A program made the translations under genes and the position numbers. This document shows positions 51,297 through 61,438 of a stretch of DNA of 64,000 nucleotides, in pieces. Origin of the DNA: Porphyridium purpureum (lineage: Eukaryota); contig VRMN01000018.1 of NCBI GenBank assembly GCA_008690995.1, forward strand, positions 186,001-250,000. The letters run 5' to 3'. A model generated the notes under the pieces. The model did not search any database, was not told the origin of the DNA, and saw nothing but the letters and a program-made list of their open reading frames with translations. The number at the start of each line of letters is the position of its first letter. The stretch's first letter is position 1.

Positions 51297-52244
51297 ATGC
51301 GACGCAAGCTTGGGTTACTTGTGCTTGCGGTTGTGGTGGTGGCGTCGGCATCACTTTTGCGGGAGGGGCGGTGCGGTGAACCATCCAGGACCGGCGGATT
51401 GCGGCGTGCTCGCGGCGTCGCTGGGTTCGGTAGCGTCCTCGGGGATGGAGAGGCCTCGTTGGTGAAGAAGGATGCGGATCGGAAGGCGTCAAGAAAGATC
51501 CACTTACGGATTCGTGCGCGCGAGGCGCGCTGCGTGTTTGAAAAGTTTGGGATTGGGACCAAGGTGCAAGGCGAAATCGCCATGTTAAGCAACGGGGTGG
51601 GGGCCATGCGCATCGACTTGCTCGTGGTCAATTCACGCAACGAAAAGCTGTTTGAAAAGAAGGACTTGACGGAGCAGCTGGTGTACTCATTTGTGGTGAA
51701 GGCCGCAGACGACATAGAAGCGGCGTCACGTGCGGGTCGGGGCAGGCGCGCGCCCGAGCTAGATTCCTTGTCTTCTCAATCTGTATCAGCAAACGAGGTG
51801 CCGGATGATTTCGGTGCGCTAGGCTTGCGCCTGTCTGCACCACAGCCACCTGACTCTGACATGGTCCAAATCTGTCTCGTACACCATTTCCTAGCATTCG
51901 ACTACGACCTGAACAGCCGGCGTGACGTGGTGCTATGGTTTCAAGCCGGTCCCAATGTCGAGGCGGCCGGCACCGAGAGGCAAATGCACTTCCTGCAAGC
52001 GACGGTGGCCAAACTTTCCGCTGCGATGCTGCAGCTGCAGACCGACATCAGCACGCAGAACGAGCTCGCTTCCGAGTCACACCTGCGTGAAAGCCGCCGC
52101 GCGTTGCTTCACCTGCTCCTCTGTGCTGTGCCAATCGCTATCCAGGTCCTTGTGTTCATTCTGCTGACGGCGTGCCGAAAGCCAGGTCACCCACCAGCTG
52201 CCACATTCGCATCCACGTCCGCCCCAGCCAAGAGACCGGCCTAA
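51297..52244 (+). CDS. Divergent p24/TMED (GOLD-domain) type I membrane protein
   Basis: Signal peptide, IRAREARCVFE (first GOLD strand), second Cys in QICL, coiled coil ending ESHLRES, C-terminal TM helix. Confidence 0.55.
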   Translation: MRRKLGLLVLAVVVVASASLLREGRCGEPSRTGGLRRARGVAGFGSVLGDGEASLVKKDADRKASRKIHLRIRAREARCVFEKFGIGTKVQGEIAMLSNGVGAMRIDLLVVNSRNEKLFEKKDLTEQLVYSFVVKAADDIEAASRAGRGRRAPELDSLSSQSVSANEVPDDFGALGLRLSAPQPPDSDMVQICLVHHFLAFDYDLNSRRDVVLWFQAGPNVEAAGTERQMHFLQATVAKLSAAMLQLQTDISTQNELASESHLRESRRALLHLLLCAVPIAIQVLVFILLTACRKPGHPPAATFASTSAPAKRPA

Positions 52245-52732
52245 CCTTTTTTTAACTGCCGAATTGTTAAATTGCTGTTTATATGAAAATAACCCATTCT
52301 TATCATGTTGTGAACTGTACCAGAGGAACCCTAGACAAGCGCCAACTCGGGCGCGGTGTGCAAGTTGCGCGTGCGGGGCTGAGGGGAAGCGGGAGGAGTG
52401 GTTCGACGTCGACGACGACCACGATACTGACGACGACGACAGCAGCAACCGTCGCGACGACGAGCGCGGGCGCGGCGAGCGACAAAGGGGAACGAGTTGC
52501 ACGCGCGGGGAAACGAGCTCAGCCAGTGCGTTGACGTGGCTGTACAGGTACGCCCGACATTGAATTGTCGGAAAAGACGGATACTGGCTGAGCGTGGCGA
52601 GGCGCGAGACGACGTTGTTGGGTTTGGGCGGAACGCGCGCGGAAAGGCTCTCCTTGTCTGCGGAAGGGCCATGCGTCTTTATGGGAGACAAGTTGGACCG
52701 GTGATTAATTATTGGAGCTCTCGCTCGTGATC

Positions 52733-54406
52733 ATGCTCCCCGAGATTGACGGGTACAAAGTGATTCGCGCGCTCGGTGCAGGCCGGTCAGGTACTACCTA
52801 CCTGGCTGTTCGCGATGGTAAGGAGGTCGCGGCAAAGTGTATATCGCGAGGCGACCGCGTGGATGAACATGCGGAGCGAGAGATTTTCATTCAGCGCGCG
52901 CTGAGATCAAGGCGCACCGTCAAACTGCAACGCGTGATCCTCACACAGACTCATCTCGTTCTCATTCTAGACGTCTGCTTGGGCGGCGACTTGTTTTCGT
53001 TGCTCAAGGAGCGTGCTAATGCAAGCGAGGACACGGTGCTTGCCGAGTCACAAGCATGGAAGCTGCTCCGAGAAGTTCTGCTCTCCCTGCGGTACCTTCA
53101 TAGAAGAAGAATAGCGCACCGCGATATCAAGCCCGAGAACATTCTTCTCACCACCGGAAACATTGACATGGACGACCACGCGATCAAGCTCTGCGATTTT
53201 GGGTTTTCAGTTGTGTACGAAGGAGAAGAGACCGAAGCAACGGCAAAGTCGCCGTCTTCTGCATCATCAAGCCGCTCGTCGTCCAAATCAGCGTTGGGCG
53301 ACGGCACGTTTGACGTCGAAGGTGTGGAGCCGGTCAAGTCGCTCGCGGCAGTGGGCACAACAGCGTACGTGGCTCCGGAGGTCTTAGACGACGACCTACC
53401 GGACTACGATCCGTTTGCTGCAGATATTTGGAGCGTTGGTGTTTTGTTTTATACCATGCTTTCACCGTGCCTGCCTTTCCAGGATCCATTAGATATGGGG
53501 AAAAACTACAAGGGCATGGTGGAGCGCATCAAGCAAGGGCGGTACCGGCGGTTGCGGCGCGGGAAATACTCGGACGCAGCGGAAGAAGTGATCCGTCGAT
53601 CATTTGAAGTCGATCCTGCGCAAAGAATAAGCCTTGGCGAGATGCTGCAGATTGCGCAACGCCAAATTAATCGATGTCTGAGCGACGACATTGAGCGATT
53701 GCGCCGTGCCAAAGAGTTGACGCCCGTGCCACAGGTTCCCGACGCCTTGCTACTGCGCCGCAAGCTCTCCAAAGTAGAGCAACAGAGGCGCATGTTCAAC
53801 GAGCTCCGGATAGGTTTGGCGAAGGCGCACCTGGAGAAGCTGGGCGCCACGGACATGGAAAGTAGGCTTGAAAGCCCCGACTCGGATCCATCGCATCACG
53901 GCGCAGGTGAAGTGGCGAGCGAGTCGGACACGCCGCGGAGTATGCCGGGATTGAACAGAATGACCCTTGGTGACGCCAGTGGGGAACGTGGTTTTGGCAC
54001 GGAACCGCCGTCGCCATCCTCCATGGCGCCGGTCGGCCGCGGGACGATCATTGCTGGCGACGGTCTGGTGCACGAAGCAGGCTCTCCGAACGCAGCCTCT
54101 AGTCGGGCCGAATGCGCGCCCCCCATTTATGACTTTACGAACGACGATGTGGATGAGGAGGACGTGGAGTCTTCATGCTGCACGCAGAGTGTGGAGGAGC
54201 TGCGCGCGCTGGTTGGCGAAAGTCGCACGCGCGTCGTGCGCAAGCGCGCGCTGCCCGCCGCGCGACCGCCGATCACTGCCGCGGCGCCTCCCGTGCCGCA
54301 CGACGCCGGCGTCGCCGTACACGCCGGCGGCGCGCCGTCTGCCGCCGCTTCAGACCCAACCAACCTGTTTGCCACCATGATGGCCGGCATGGCCAAACCG
54401 AGATAA
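52733..54406 (+). CDS. SnRK2-like Ser/Thr protein kinase
   Basis: Complete kinase motifs plus SnRK2-like features: KCISRGDRVDEHAEREI, VILTQTHL, VGTTAYVAPEVL, PFQDP...KNY...RI, and a SnRK2-box-like QSVEELRALVGES. Confidence 0.8.
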   Translation: MLPEIDGYKVIRALGAGRSGTTYLAVRDGKEVAAKCISRGDRVDEHAEREIFIQRALRSRRTVKLQRVILTQTHLVLILDVCLGGDLFSLLKERANASEDTVLAESQAWKLLREVLLSLRYLHRRRIAHRDIKPENILLTTGNIDMDDHAIKLCDFGFSVVYEGEETEATAKSPSSASSSRSSSKSALGDGTFDVEGVEPVKSLAAVGTTAYVAPEVLDDDLPDYDPFAADIWSVGVLFYTMLSPCLPFQDPLDMGKNYKGMVERIKQGRYRRLRRGKYSDAAEEVIRRSFEVDPAQRISLGEMLQIAQRQINRCLSDDIERLRRAKELTPVPQVPDALLLRRKLSKVEQQRRMFNELRIGLAKAHLEKLGATDMESRLESPDSDPSHHGAGEVASESDTPRSMPGLNRMTLGDASGERGFGTEPPSPSSMAPVGRGTIIAGDGLVHEAGSPNAASSRAECAPPIYDFTNDDVDEEDVESSCCTQSVEELRALVGESRTRVVRKRALPAARPPITAAAPPVPHDAGVAVHAGGAPSAAASDPTNLFATMMAGMAKPR

Positions 54407-55151
54407 ATATAAACCCGCCTCCCGCCTCGCTCCCAAGAACGCAACGCCGCGGTACAGTATACACTGTACCTTCCCCCCTTCTCTAAAAATAGGCGCAGTA
54501 CAGCTCGTTCCACAGCGCGGTGTCAAGACGCGCGCGCCGTTACAAACCGTCGACACCCCCCGCGGGTCGCATGTTGGCGTATTGGCGTATTGGCGCGCAC
54601 ACTCACGGTCCTGACGAATCGACCACGTTGGCACGTTGAGGCACGTGAAACAAAAAAAAACCCACGCACGTTCATGAAGTACTTGTCCAAAACGCGCCAA
54701 CAACGTGAAAAATTAAAACAAAAGCAAAAAAACAAAAAAGCAAGCAGCAGGAGGCCGGTTTCGGAACGTGGGTCACGGAGCGTGAGTGTGAGCACAGCGT
54801 GAACACAAAAAACCATGCAAAGAAATTAAGGGCCAGGGGGGGAAATGGCCTGTGACCAAATTTGGGTGGAGTGGTGTGCGTCCGATTTGAATTTATTGGC
54901 CAGGCGGCTTGTGGTCAAAATCATAAAGCGGACAAGGTGGCCGTGGTGGGATTTCGCACGCGGGGTGACGGAATGTACTTAAGCACGGAGGACGTCGATC
55001 CGGTTTAAATTCGTATGAGGGATGTGAGGCGGAGAAAGACGTAGGCAAGGTGGGGAGGTGGGGAGGTGACCTGTTGCCGTGCGGTGCGGTGGAGCAGCAG
55101 CGGCGGGGGCGGGGGTTGCCGGGTGTGGACGTGTGGCTGTGTGGGGGAAAG

Positions 55152-56180
55152 ATGGTGCGTGATGATGCGCGCAGAGTTCAGCCGCGCCGGCTGGTGGGGG
55201 CGCTGCCGCTGATGATCTTGCTCGTGGTTGCCGCGTGCAGCACGCACGCGCACGCGCAGTGCGCGCCAGGCTTTCAGCTGTTCCCGTACGTCATTTCGAG
55301 GTGGGGAGACACGAGCACGGACGTCCAGAATTGCAATCAAGTGTATATCCAGCGGCAATGGGAAAAGATGGACCTCGGAATGGAAGTCGGTGGCTTCACT
55401 TTCCCGCCCACAAACTGGTTCGCTACCGATTTTGATGACTCCTCGTGGGGGGCGGGCATCTTACCATTTGCAGGCAGTATCCAATGCGAGGAAGAGTTTG
55501 CGGTGGCCGTGCCGGGCTTCCCTAACATCGGCGTGGCGAACACGGTCTGGGATGCAAATGACGACAACAACCCAAACGACGGTCGTAACAGTTACTTGGC
55601 CGTGCGCCTCAAGTTTTTCCTGGCGCCAAATCTTTTCTTCCGGACCGAGTTCTTCTCGCTGGCGTTCATCGTGGACAATGATCTCATTGAAATTTATGTT
55701 AACGGGCAAAGCCAAACGTTTGATGGCGCGGTCGGGCGCGAGGGATGCTCTGGAGTGACCCAAATCGTATCAAACCAACTGGATAGTTCGTTTCTCGTAC
55801 CGGAAAATAATGTCATTGCCTTTTTGGCCGAAGACCGAGGTTCGCAAAGCTATCTTAACTACGAGCTCGTGGTGAGCGTATGCGAGCTGGCACCCGTGGC
55901 GAACTTCACGTGTTCACTGACCACACCTCCTGCTCAGCCGTGCATGAGACCGTGCTCATCGGATACATCGCAGTGTGAGCTTCAACCAGACTGCTTGCTA
56001 GAAGGCCTGGTTGCGGACGAAAACGGAAACTGCCTGTGCGAATTGGTGGACGAAGTTATCTGCCCGTCAATCGAGCCAGGCTTTATCCCTGGTGTTTGCT
56101 ACCCCAAGACCACGAGACAGAGCATCAGGCTTCTTTCGTGCGACAACACCGGGACTGAGTTATGTCGCGCGCCGTCCTAA
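55152..56180 (+). CDS. Secreted protein with galactose-binding-like (jelly-roll) domain and Cys-rich tail
   Basis: Signal peptide; WFATDFDDSSWGAGILPF, VRLKFFL, VDNDLIEIYVNG, LVPENNVIAF; Cys-rich C-terminus. Confidence 0.65.
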   Translation: MVRDDARRVQPRRLVGALPLMILLVVAACSTHAHAQCAPGFQLFPYVISRWGDTSTDVQNCNQVYIQRQWEKMDLGMEVGGFTFPPTNWFATDFDDSSWGAGILPFAGSIQCEEEFAVAVPGFPNIGVANTVWDANDDNNPNDGRNSYLAVRLKFFLAPNLFFRTEFFSLAFIVDNDLIEIYVNGQSQTFDGAVGREGCSGVTQIVSNQLDSSFLVPENNVIAFLAEDRGSQSYLNYELVVSVCELAPVANFTCSLTTPPAQPCMRPCSSDTSQCELQPDCLLEGLVADENGNCLCELVDEVICPSIEPGFIPGVCYPKTTRQSIRLLSCDNTGTELCRAPS

Positions 56181-56324
56181 ACCGGCCTTTGCTCTCATTC
56201 CACTGTGGCCGACAAAGATGGGAAAGGCCACCTCAGAAATTAACATGTATTTCACAAAGTCCCAGAAAGTAAAAAAAATTATATTAACCAACTCTCGAGT
56301 GCGTGCATTCGATCCTTCCAAAAC

Positions 56325-59135
56325 TCACGCCTTGAGTCTCCCGCCTGCAAGTCTTTTCTTCATCGACTCAACCTTACTAAGCGGCTCTGCCGCGTACTGA
56401 GCCCGTCCGTCCTTCTCGGGCGTCACAAGCTCGGCGGCGGCATCCAGTGCTTCATTAACCGGCATGCTGGGTTTCTTGTCCACCGCAGCGGTTCCACCTG
56501 CCTGGTCACTCCTTCGCGTTCGCCGTTGTGGGGCGGGCTTGAGCGCGCGTGTTTGGCTCAGGCGAATGATGCGGTCTGCGAGCAGCGTCTGATTGTAGTG
56601 CATTGCAAGCTTGTAGGCCACATCGATGCTCTTCGGCATGTTCAGTCGGGCGGCCAACTCTAGCGCGCGCGTGCCGCGGGCCGTCTGGCACGCCTCTTCA
56701 ATCAGTTTGAGCAGGCACTTGTCCACTTGCAGCTCAGCATCCGTAAGTTCGTCTCCAATGTCCAGGTAGGCTGGATGATCTTCACCAAACACGCCCTTGG
56801 CGTACGTAAGGACGGACTGAGCCCGAGAGACGTCACCGCGCAGGCGCATCAGTTGGCTCGACAGGCGCGCCGTACCATCGATGCTAGGCGCTTCAAACCC
56901 AATTGTTGTGAGAAGCGGGCGAGTCAGAGCAGATGGATACCTTTCAATGCCATGGCACTTGACCCCGACCGCCAGCCCTTCTTGCTTGAATGCGAGAGGC
57001 CAGAAGTAGTCTGCTTGAGCTAGCTTGGCGGCATTGTCGAGCAGAATGCGCCAGCGATAACCCAATGGGGCTTGCGACAACGCACATGCGCGGCCGAGAT
57101 TGTCGTACAACACCAAGTCGGAGCGCATAATCTTGTCGGACAAGCTGCGCGGTGGCCCTCGTGTTTCAGCAAATCCTGCCCAAACCAAGAGCGACTCTGG
57201 GCTCGTCGAAACGGGGCCGTGGAATAGTTCGCCCGCGATGGTTTGGTATGCGTCGAGTTCGAGCACAACGACGCTGATCGCTGCATCCGGCGTGCAGTAC
57301 ACAACTGCCAGACGGTCATCCCGGGCTGTCAGGGTTACGGCAGGACCAGGTATTGGCATCGAGTCGGTCTGCACGCCAGTATGTGTGAATACGCGAAGCA
57401 TACGAGCACTCGACACACATGCGACAAAGTCGGAACTGATTGCTATTGCTTTGCTCTGCTCTGATTGCGGTAAGTTCACAGACCAGTCTGCCTTCTTGGA
57501 CCACGATCCGAGCGCATGATAGAAAAGCACGCTCGGGTGCTCTGCTGTTTTGGTGCTCGCGAAGAACGCGCCTGCCGTGCCCAGACAGCCTTGGATGAAT
57601 CCGTAGTGATCCTTGAATCGGACGCTCGGCTGATTTCCGTCTGCAAAGCTGATCTCAATGTTGTGGTGGATGCTTTCATCTTCACTCGTCACCACTCCAC
57701 GCAGGTTCCAGCACAGAATGCGGCGCTTGCCACGTAGTGGCGTCGAGCTCGGCATAAACGCGTCCGGCAGCGCCACTCTTCTTCGCGCGACTCCTCCATG
57801 GCTCCGGCGGCGCTTCTTCAGCGCAGCACCATATGAAACGTTGTTTGCCATCGAGTGTTCCTGCTCGTCTTCATCTGAGCCCGACACATCTTCGCCTTCG
57901 TCGGTGTCTTCCTCTCCAAGACTTTCCCCAGCGTCCTCGTCCTCGTCCTCATCCCTTCCATTGTTCCGGTCGTCTTCACCGACACGCTTTTCTTCGTGCT
58001 CGTGCTTTGTTTTGCGCTTGGCTCGCTGCTCCTGCTCCGCCACCTCTTCATCTTTGAAGAGATCCTCAAGAGAAGCCTGATTTGCGCGTTCGGCCTGTTT
58101 CGCCGCTGAGCCTTCCACGGTCGCGTGCGGAGACACGAATTGCAGCGGAACAACTTCATCGAGTAGTCCGTACTGACCCATCTTGTCCATGACGACACCG
58201 TGGTTGAACACGGGGTTCCACACCACACTCTGGATTCCAAATTCTGCGCGCCAGCGATCCAGCGGCTCACGCTTTGACACTTCCCACAGCACCACAATAC
58301 CTTCGTCGTCCGAACTGAGCAGGTACTGGGCATTTGAGCTCCACGACACGCTCAAGACGGTCGCATTCCTTGCATGACCTCCGCTAAGCGAAACCGCAAG
58401 CTTCTGAGTGCGTCGCGAAACTATCGAAAGGCCCGCAGTCGACCCGGCGGCTATCCAGTCTCCGCATGGCGACCATTCCGCACAGCGCGCCATTCCCGGC
58501 CCAAAGTCGAGATCGTTCATGTAGCAGTCGGCATCGATGCCCCACAGACTGAGCGCGCCGTGTCGTGCTCCTACAGACAGTACAAAGTCGCCCTGCGGGT
58601 CGTAGGCCAGCTGCTTAATGGCATCGCCGCCCTTGTGCGGATTGGATGAGCGCAAAATGGACATTTGCGACGGATTGGCTGTGCTTACAAGTTTGATAAC
58701 GCCCGGCTCATCTCCCGCACAAGCCAGCAGGCCGCCGCTAGGCGCGAAGGCTAACGCACGCACGGGTGCTTGGAATCGCGTGACGATGCCTTGAAAATCA
58801 ATACTTCCACTGGTGTGCCAACCGACGTCCTTCTTCGGCTTGAACAAGCGGACGTTTGCGTCATCATCACCTGTCGCCAGAAACGAGCCGGAAGGCGTCA
58901 TCGCAAGCACTGACACGCCCACATCTGCCTTGTGGTACTGACAAACATCCGGCAGCAGCTCGCGTTTCTTCTCCTGAAGGGTGGCATGATCCGACGCGCC
59001 CAGCTCTTCCAAACTGATCGCACACACCGTTCCATCTGCGCCACTCGTCAGCACCACAGTCCCAGACCCATGCACCACAACCCCGCACTTTCCGGAGCCA
59101 TGCCCACTTTTCAACTTGATCCTTCGGCCAACCAT
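56325..59135 (-). CDS. WDHD1: Replisome hub Ctf4/AND-1 (WD40 + SepB domain)
   Basis: N-terminal WD40 propeller, acidic linker, FMPSSTP...RILCWNLRGVV SepB start, C-terminal DKCLLKLI..AC....RALELA helices; no HMG box seen. Confidence 0.9.
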   Translation of the reverse strand: MVGRRIKLKSGHGSGKCGVVVHGSGTVVLTSGADGTVCAISLEELGASDHATLQEKKRELLPDVCQYHKADVGVSVLAMTPSGSFLATGDDDANVRLFKPKKDVGWHTSGSIDFQGIVTRFQAPVRALAFAPSGGLLACAGDEPGVIKLVSTANPSQMSILRSSNPHKGGDAIKQLAYDPQGDFVLSVGARHGALSLWGIDADCYMNDLDFGPGMARCAEWSPCGDWIAAGSTAGLSIVSRRTQKLAVSLSGGHARNATVLSVSWSSNAQYLLSSDDEGIVVLWEVSKREPLDRWRAEFGIQSVVWNPVFNHGVVMDKMGQYGLLDEVVPLQFVSPHATVEGSAAKQAERANQASLEDLFKDEEVAEQEQRAKRKTKHEHEEKRVGEDDRNNGRDEDEDEDAGESLGEEDTDEGEDVSGSDEDEQEHSMANNVSYGAALKKRRRSHGGVARRRVALPDAFMPSSTPLRGKRRILCWNLRGVVTSEDESIHHNIEISFADGNQPSVRFKDHYGFIQGCLGTAGAFFASTKTAEHPSVLFYHALGSWSKKADWSVNLPQSEQSKAIAISSDFVACVSSARMLRVFTHTGVQTDSMPIPGPAVTLTARDDRLAVVYCTPDAAISVVVLELDAYQTIAGELFHGPVSTSPESLLVWAGFAETRGPPRSLSDKIMRSDLVLYDNLGRACALSQAPLGYRWRILLDNAAKLAQADYFWPLAFKQEGLAVGVKCHGIERYPSALTRPLLTTIGFEAPSIDGTARLSSQLMRLRGDVSRAQSVLTYAKGVFGEDHPAYLDIGDELTDAELQVDKCLLKLIEEACQTARGTRALELAARLNMPKSIDVAYKLAMHYNQTLLADRIIRLSQTRALKPAPQRRTRRSDQAGGTAAVDKKPSMPVNEALDAAAELVTPEKDGRAQYAAEPLSKVESMKKRLAGGRLKA

Positions 59136-59734
59136 CGTTCACGCCAGCCTGTCTTCAAGTCTTCGTGTCCTCGTGTCCTGTTGTCCTCGTGTCTTCTTGT
59201 TTTTTCCCCGTGTCCGCGGGACCGAACAAATGACCCTCGAAACTGCTCAGACCGAATCCTCTCTCGCTCTACTCTTGACCACACCAGAAGTCTCTTTCTG
59301 TCTGTCTCTGTTTCAAGCTGCGTCTGCTCTGCTCCGTGCCGCCACAACCGCGTCGTGCTCGCCGCTCGCCTTCCTCCTCCACCGTCTCGCGCCCAACATG
59401 CACACACACACGCACACCTGCCTCAGGTTCTCCGCACAACCTTTTCCATTTCGCGCGCCGTTTTCGTTCGCGCCAAAAAATGGAAAACGGCGCGGCGGCG
59501 CAAACCGAACCGGAAAGTACAGTGCAATGGTGTACCTCTGTTTAGCGCCCCAGTTTATGAAGATGCGTATATCATGCGGCATTGTTTATGTACAGTGAGA
59601 TACTGTACCTGAGGGGTTGAAGCCGAAGTGCGCGCGACGGCGGACGTGTGCGGGGGTATGAGACAGAGAGAGAGAGAGAGGAAGGGGAGGAAGGAGGGAA
59701 GGCAGAGAGTGAGGAAGGTGGTGAGGCAGAAAGG

Positions 59735-61438
59735 ATGGAGTTCAAGACGCCTGTGATTCATGACAACCCGCAAGGGTTTGGTCCGCCGCTGGACCTCTAC
59801 CCAGACCGTTTCGTGAGCATGCCGTACGCGCCGTTCAGCAAGTCGGATCGGCTCGGGCGTGCTGCCGATTGGTTCTCGACGCAGGGCGCTCGGTATCCGT
59901 ACCAGTCTGGCGGAGGGGAGGCGGGCGATGAGGTCGGAGATGATGGCGGGTCGTTCACCACTGTGGATCAGCGCGTGGTGTCCTCGCAGCAGGATCGCCG
60001 CTTTGGGGGCGCGCGAGGAGGCAAGTTTGGTCCGGCCACGGGCGGGCGTGTCGCGCAGTTCTCGTCGAATCGCAAGCTTATGGACGAGCGCGGAGAAATG
60101 CAGAATCGGCGCGGGGATGGTAGAAATCGCGGCGGCTTTCGCGGCGGCTTCCGCGGCGGTGGGTATCGCGGCGGCTTCCGTGGCGGGTGGCGTGATGGCG
60201 GGCGCTGGGAGGATCGGCTGCCGCAGAATATGAAGGAAGCGTCCGTGACCGTGGGCGACGACTGGGAGTTCGTGGCTGAAATATCCTATACAATGCTTTC
60301 CAAGGCCAGGTACGAAAAGGTGGTGGAAGGAAAGGATTTGCTGAGCATGGGCAAGGTCAACTACTACGACAAGAACATCGACCGTGTGAACACACGCGCC
60401 CCAAGGATGGTTGAAAAGTTCCCGGATCGTGAATTCCACTACGTGACCACGACAGATGACCCCATCATTCGAAAGCTGGCCAGCCAGGGGGAGGGAAATA
60501 TTTTCGCCACGAGCTCGATTATCTCTCTTCTCATGACTGCGCCGCGATCCTCGTTCAGCTGGGACATCGTCGTGCAGCGCGTTGGAGACAAGCTGTTCTT
60601 TGACAAGCGCGAGGGCTCGATGATTGACTTTTTGACCGTGGGAGAGAATAACATGGAGCTGCTCATGGACGAGCGCAACGTGTCGCCCACGTCGATGAAC
60701 AACCCGCGCGCAATGTCGCTCGAGGCCACCGCACTCAATCAGAACTTTTCTCAGAGCGTGCTGCGCAAGGACGGCGCATGCGTTGCGTTTCCAGATGGGC
60801 CGGACCCGCTGCGGGAAGACGAGGAAGGCCAGGAACAGGGCAGCAGTCATGCAGCAAACATCGGTTACAAATACAGAAAGTGGGAGTTCCCGGACAACAT
60901 GAATGTCGTCGTGCGCTGCGAAGTCGACGCAGCGCTAGAAGGTACTGACCGGCCGCTGATGGTGAGCGTCAAGTCGCTCTGCGAGCATCCGGACAGCAAG
61001 TCGCAGTGGCGCACCAAGCTGGATGCCCAGCGCGGCGCGATCTTTGCAACGGAAATTAAGAACAATGCTGGCAAGCTCGCGCGCTTCACGGCGGGCGCGC
61101 TGCTGGCAGATGTGGATCAGATCAAGTTTGGATTTTGCACCCGAGCCAATCCAAAGGTCAACACGTCGCACCAGCTCTTGTCTACACAGACGTACAAGCC
61201 GCGCGAATTTGCGGCCCAGATTGCGCTGACACCTGCCAACATGTGGGGCGTCTTTATTCACATGGTACGTCTCTGCTACCGTTACATGGAGCCTGCGAGC
61301 AAGGCGGTCATTCTCAAAGACCCCAACGAGCCAATCGTCCGCATGTACCGTGTGCCTGAGGACGCATTCGACGAAGAATCAGATGACGAAGAAGAGCAGG
61401 GCGAGGGGCACGCATCACGGGGCGTTGATGAAGAGTAG
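59735..61438 (+). CDS. EIF3D: Translation initiation factor 3 subunit D
   Basis: DNPQGFGP, PYAPFSKSDRLGRAADW, TTTDDPII, SWDIVVQRVGDKLFFDKR, QRGAIFATEIKNN, KDPNEP...Y.VP. Confidence 0.97.
   Translation: MEFKTPVIHDNPQGFGPPLDLYPDRFVSMPYAPFSKSDRLGRAADWFSTQGARYPYQSGGGEAGDEVGDDGGSFTTVDQRVVSSQQDRRFGGARGGKFGPATGGRVAQFSSNRKLMDERGEMQNRRGDGRNRGGFRGGFRGGGYRGGFRGGWRDGGRWEDRLPQNMKEASVTVGDDWEFVAEISYTMLSKARYEKVVEGKDLLSMGKVNYYDKNIDRVNTRAPRMVEKFPDREFHYVTTTDDPIIRKLASQGEGNIFATSSIISLLMTAPRSSFSWDIVVQRVGDKLFFDKREGSMIDFLTVGENNMELLMDERNVSPTSMNNPRAMSLEATALNQNFSQSVLRKDGACVAFPDGPDPLREDEEGQEQGSSHAANIGYKYRKWEFPDNMNVVVRCEVDAALEGTDRPLMVSVKSLCEHPDSKSQWRTKLDAQRGAIFATEIKNNAGKLARFTAGALLADVDQIKFGFCTRANPKVNTSHQLLSTQTYKPREFAAQIALTPANMWGVFIHMVRLCYRYMEPASKAVILKDPNEPIVRMYRVPEDAFDEESDDEEEQGEGHASRGVDEE

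Noticed and set aside
33637..59135. RTEL1, RAD21 and CTF4 as a functional gene cluster
   Set aside because: They are interspersed with unrelated genes over 25 kb; chance proximity in a compact genome is sufficient.
59555..60850. 431-aa minus-strand ORF
   Set aside because: Antisense shadow of eIF3d.
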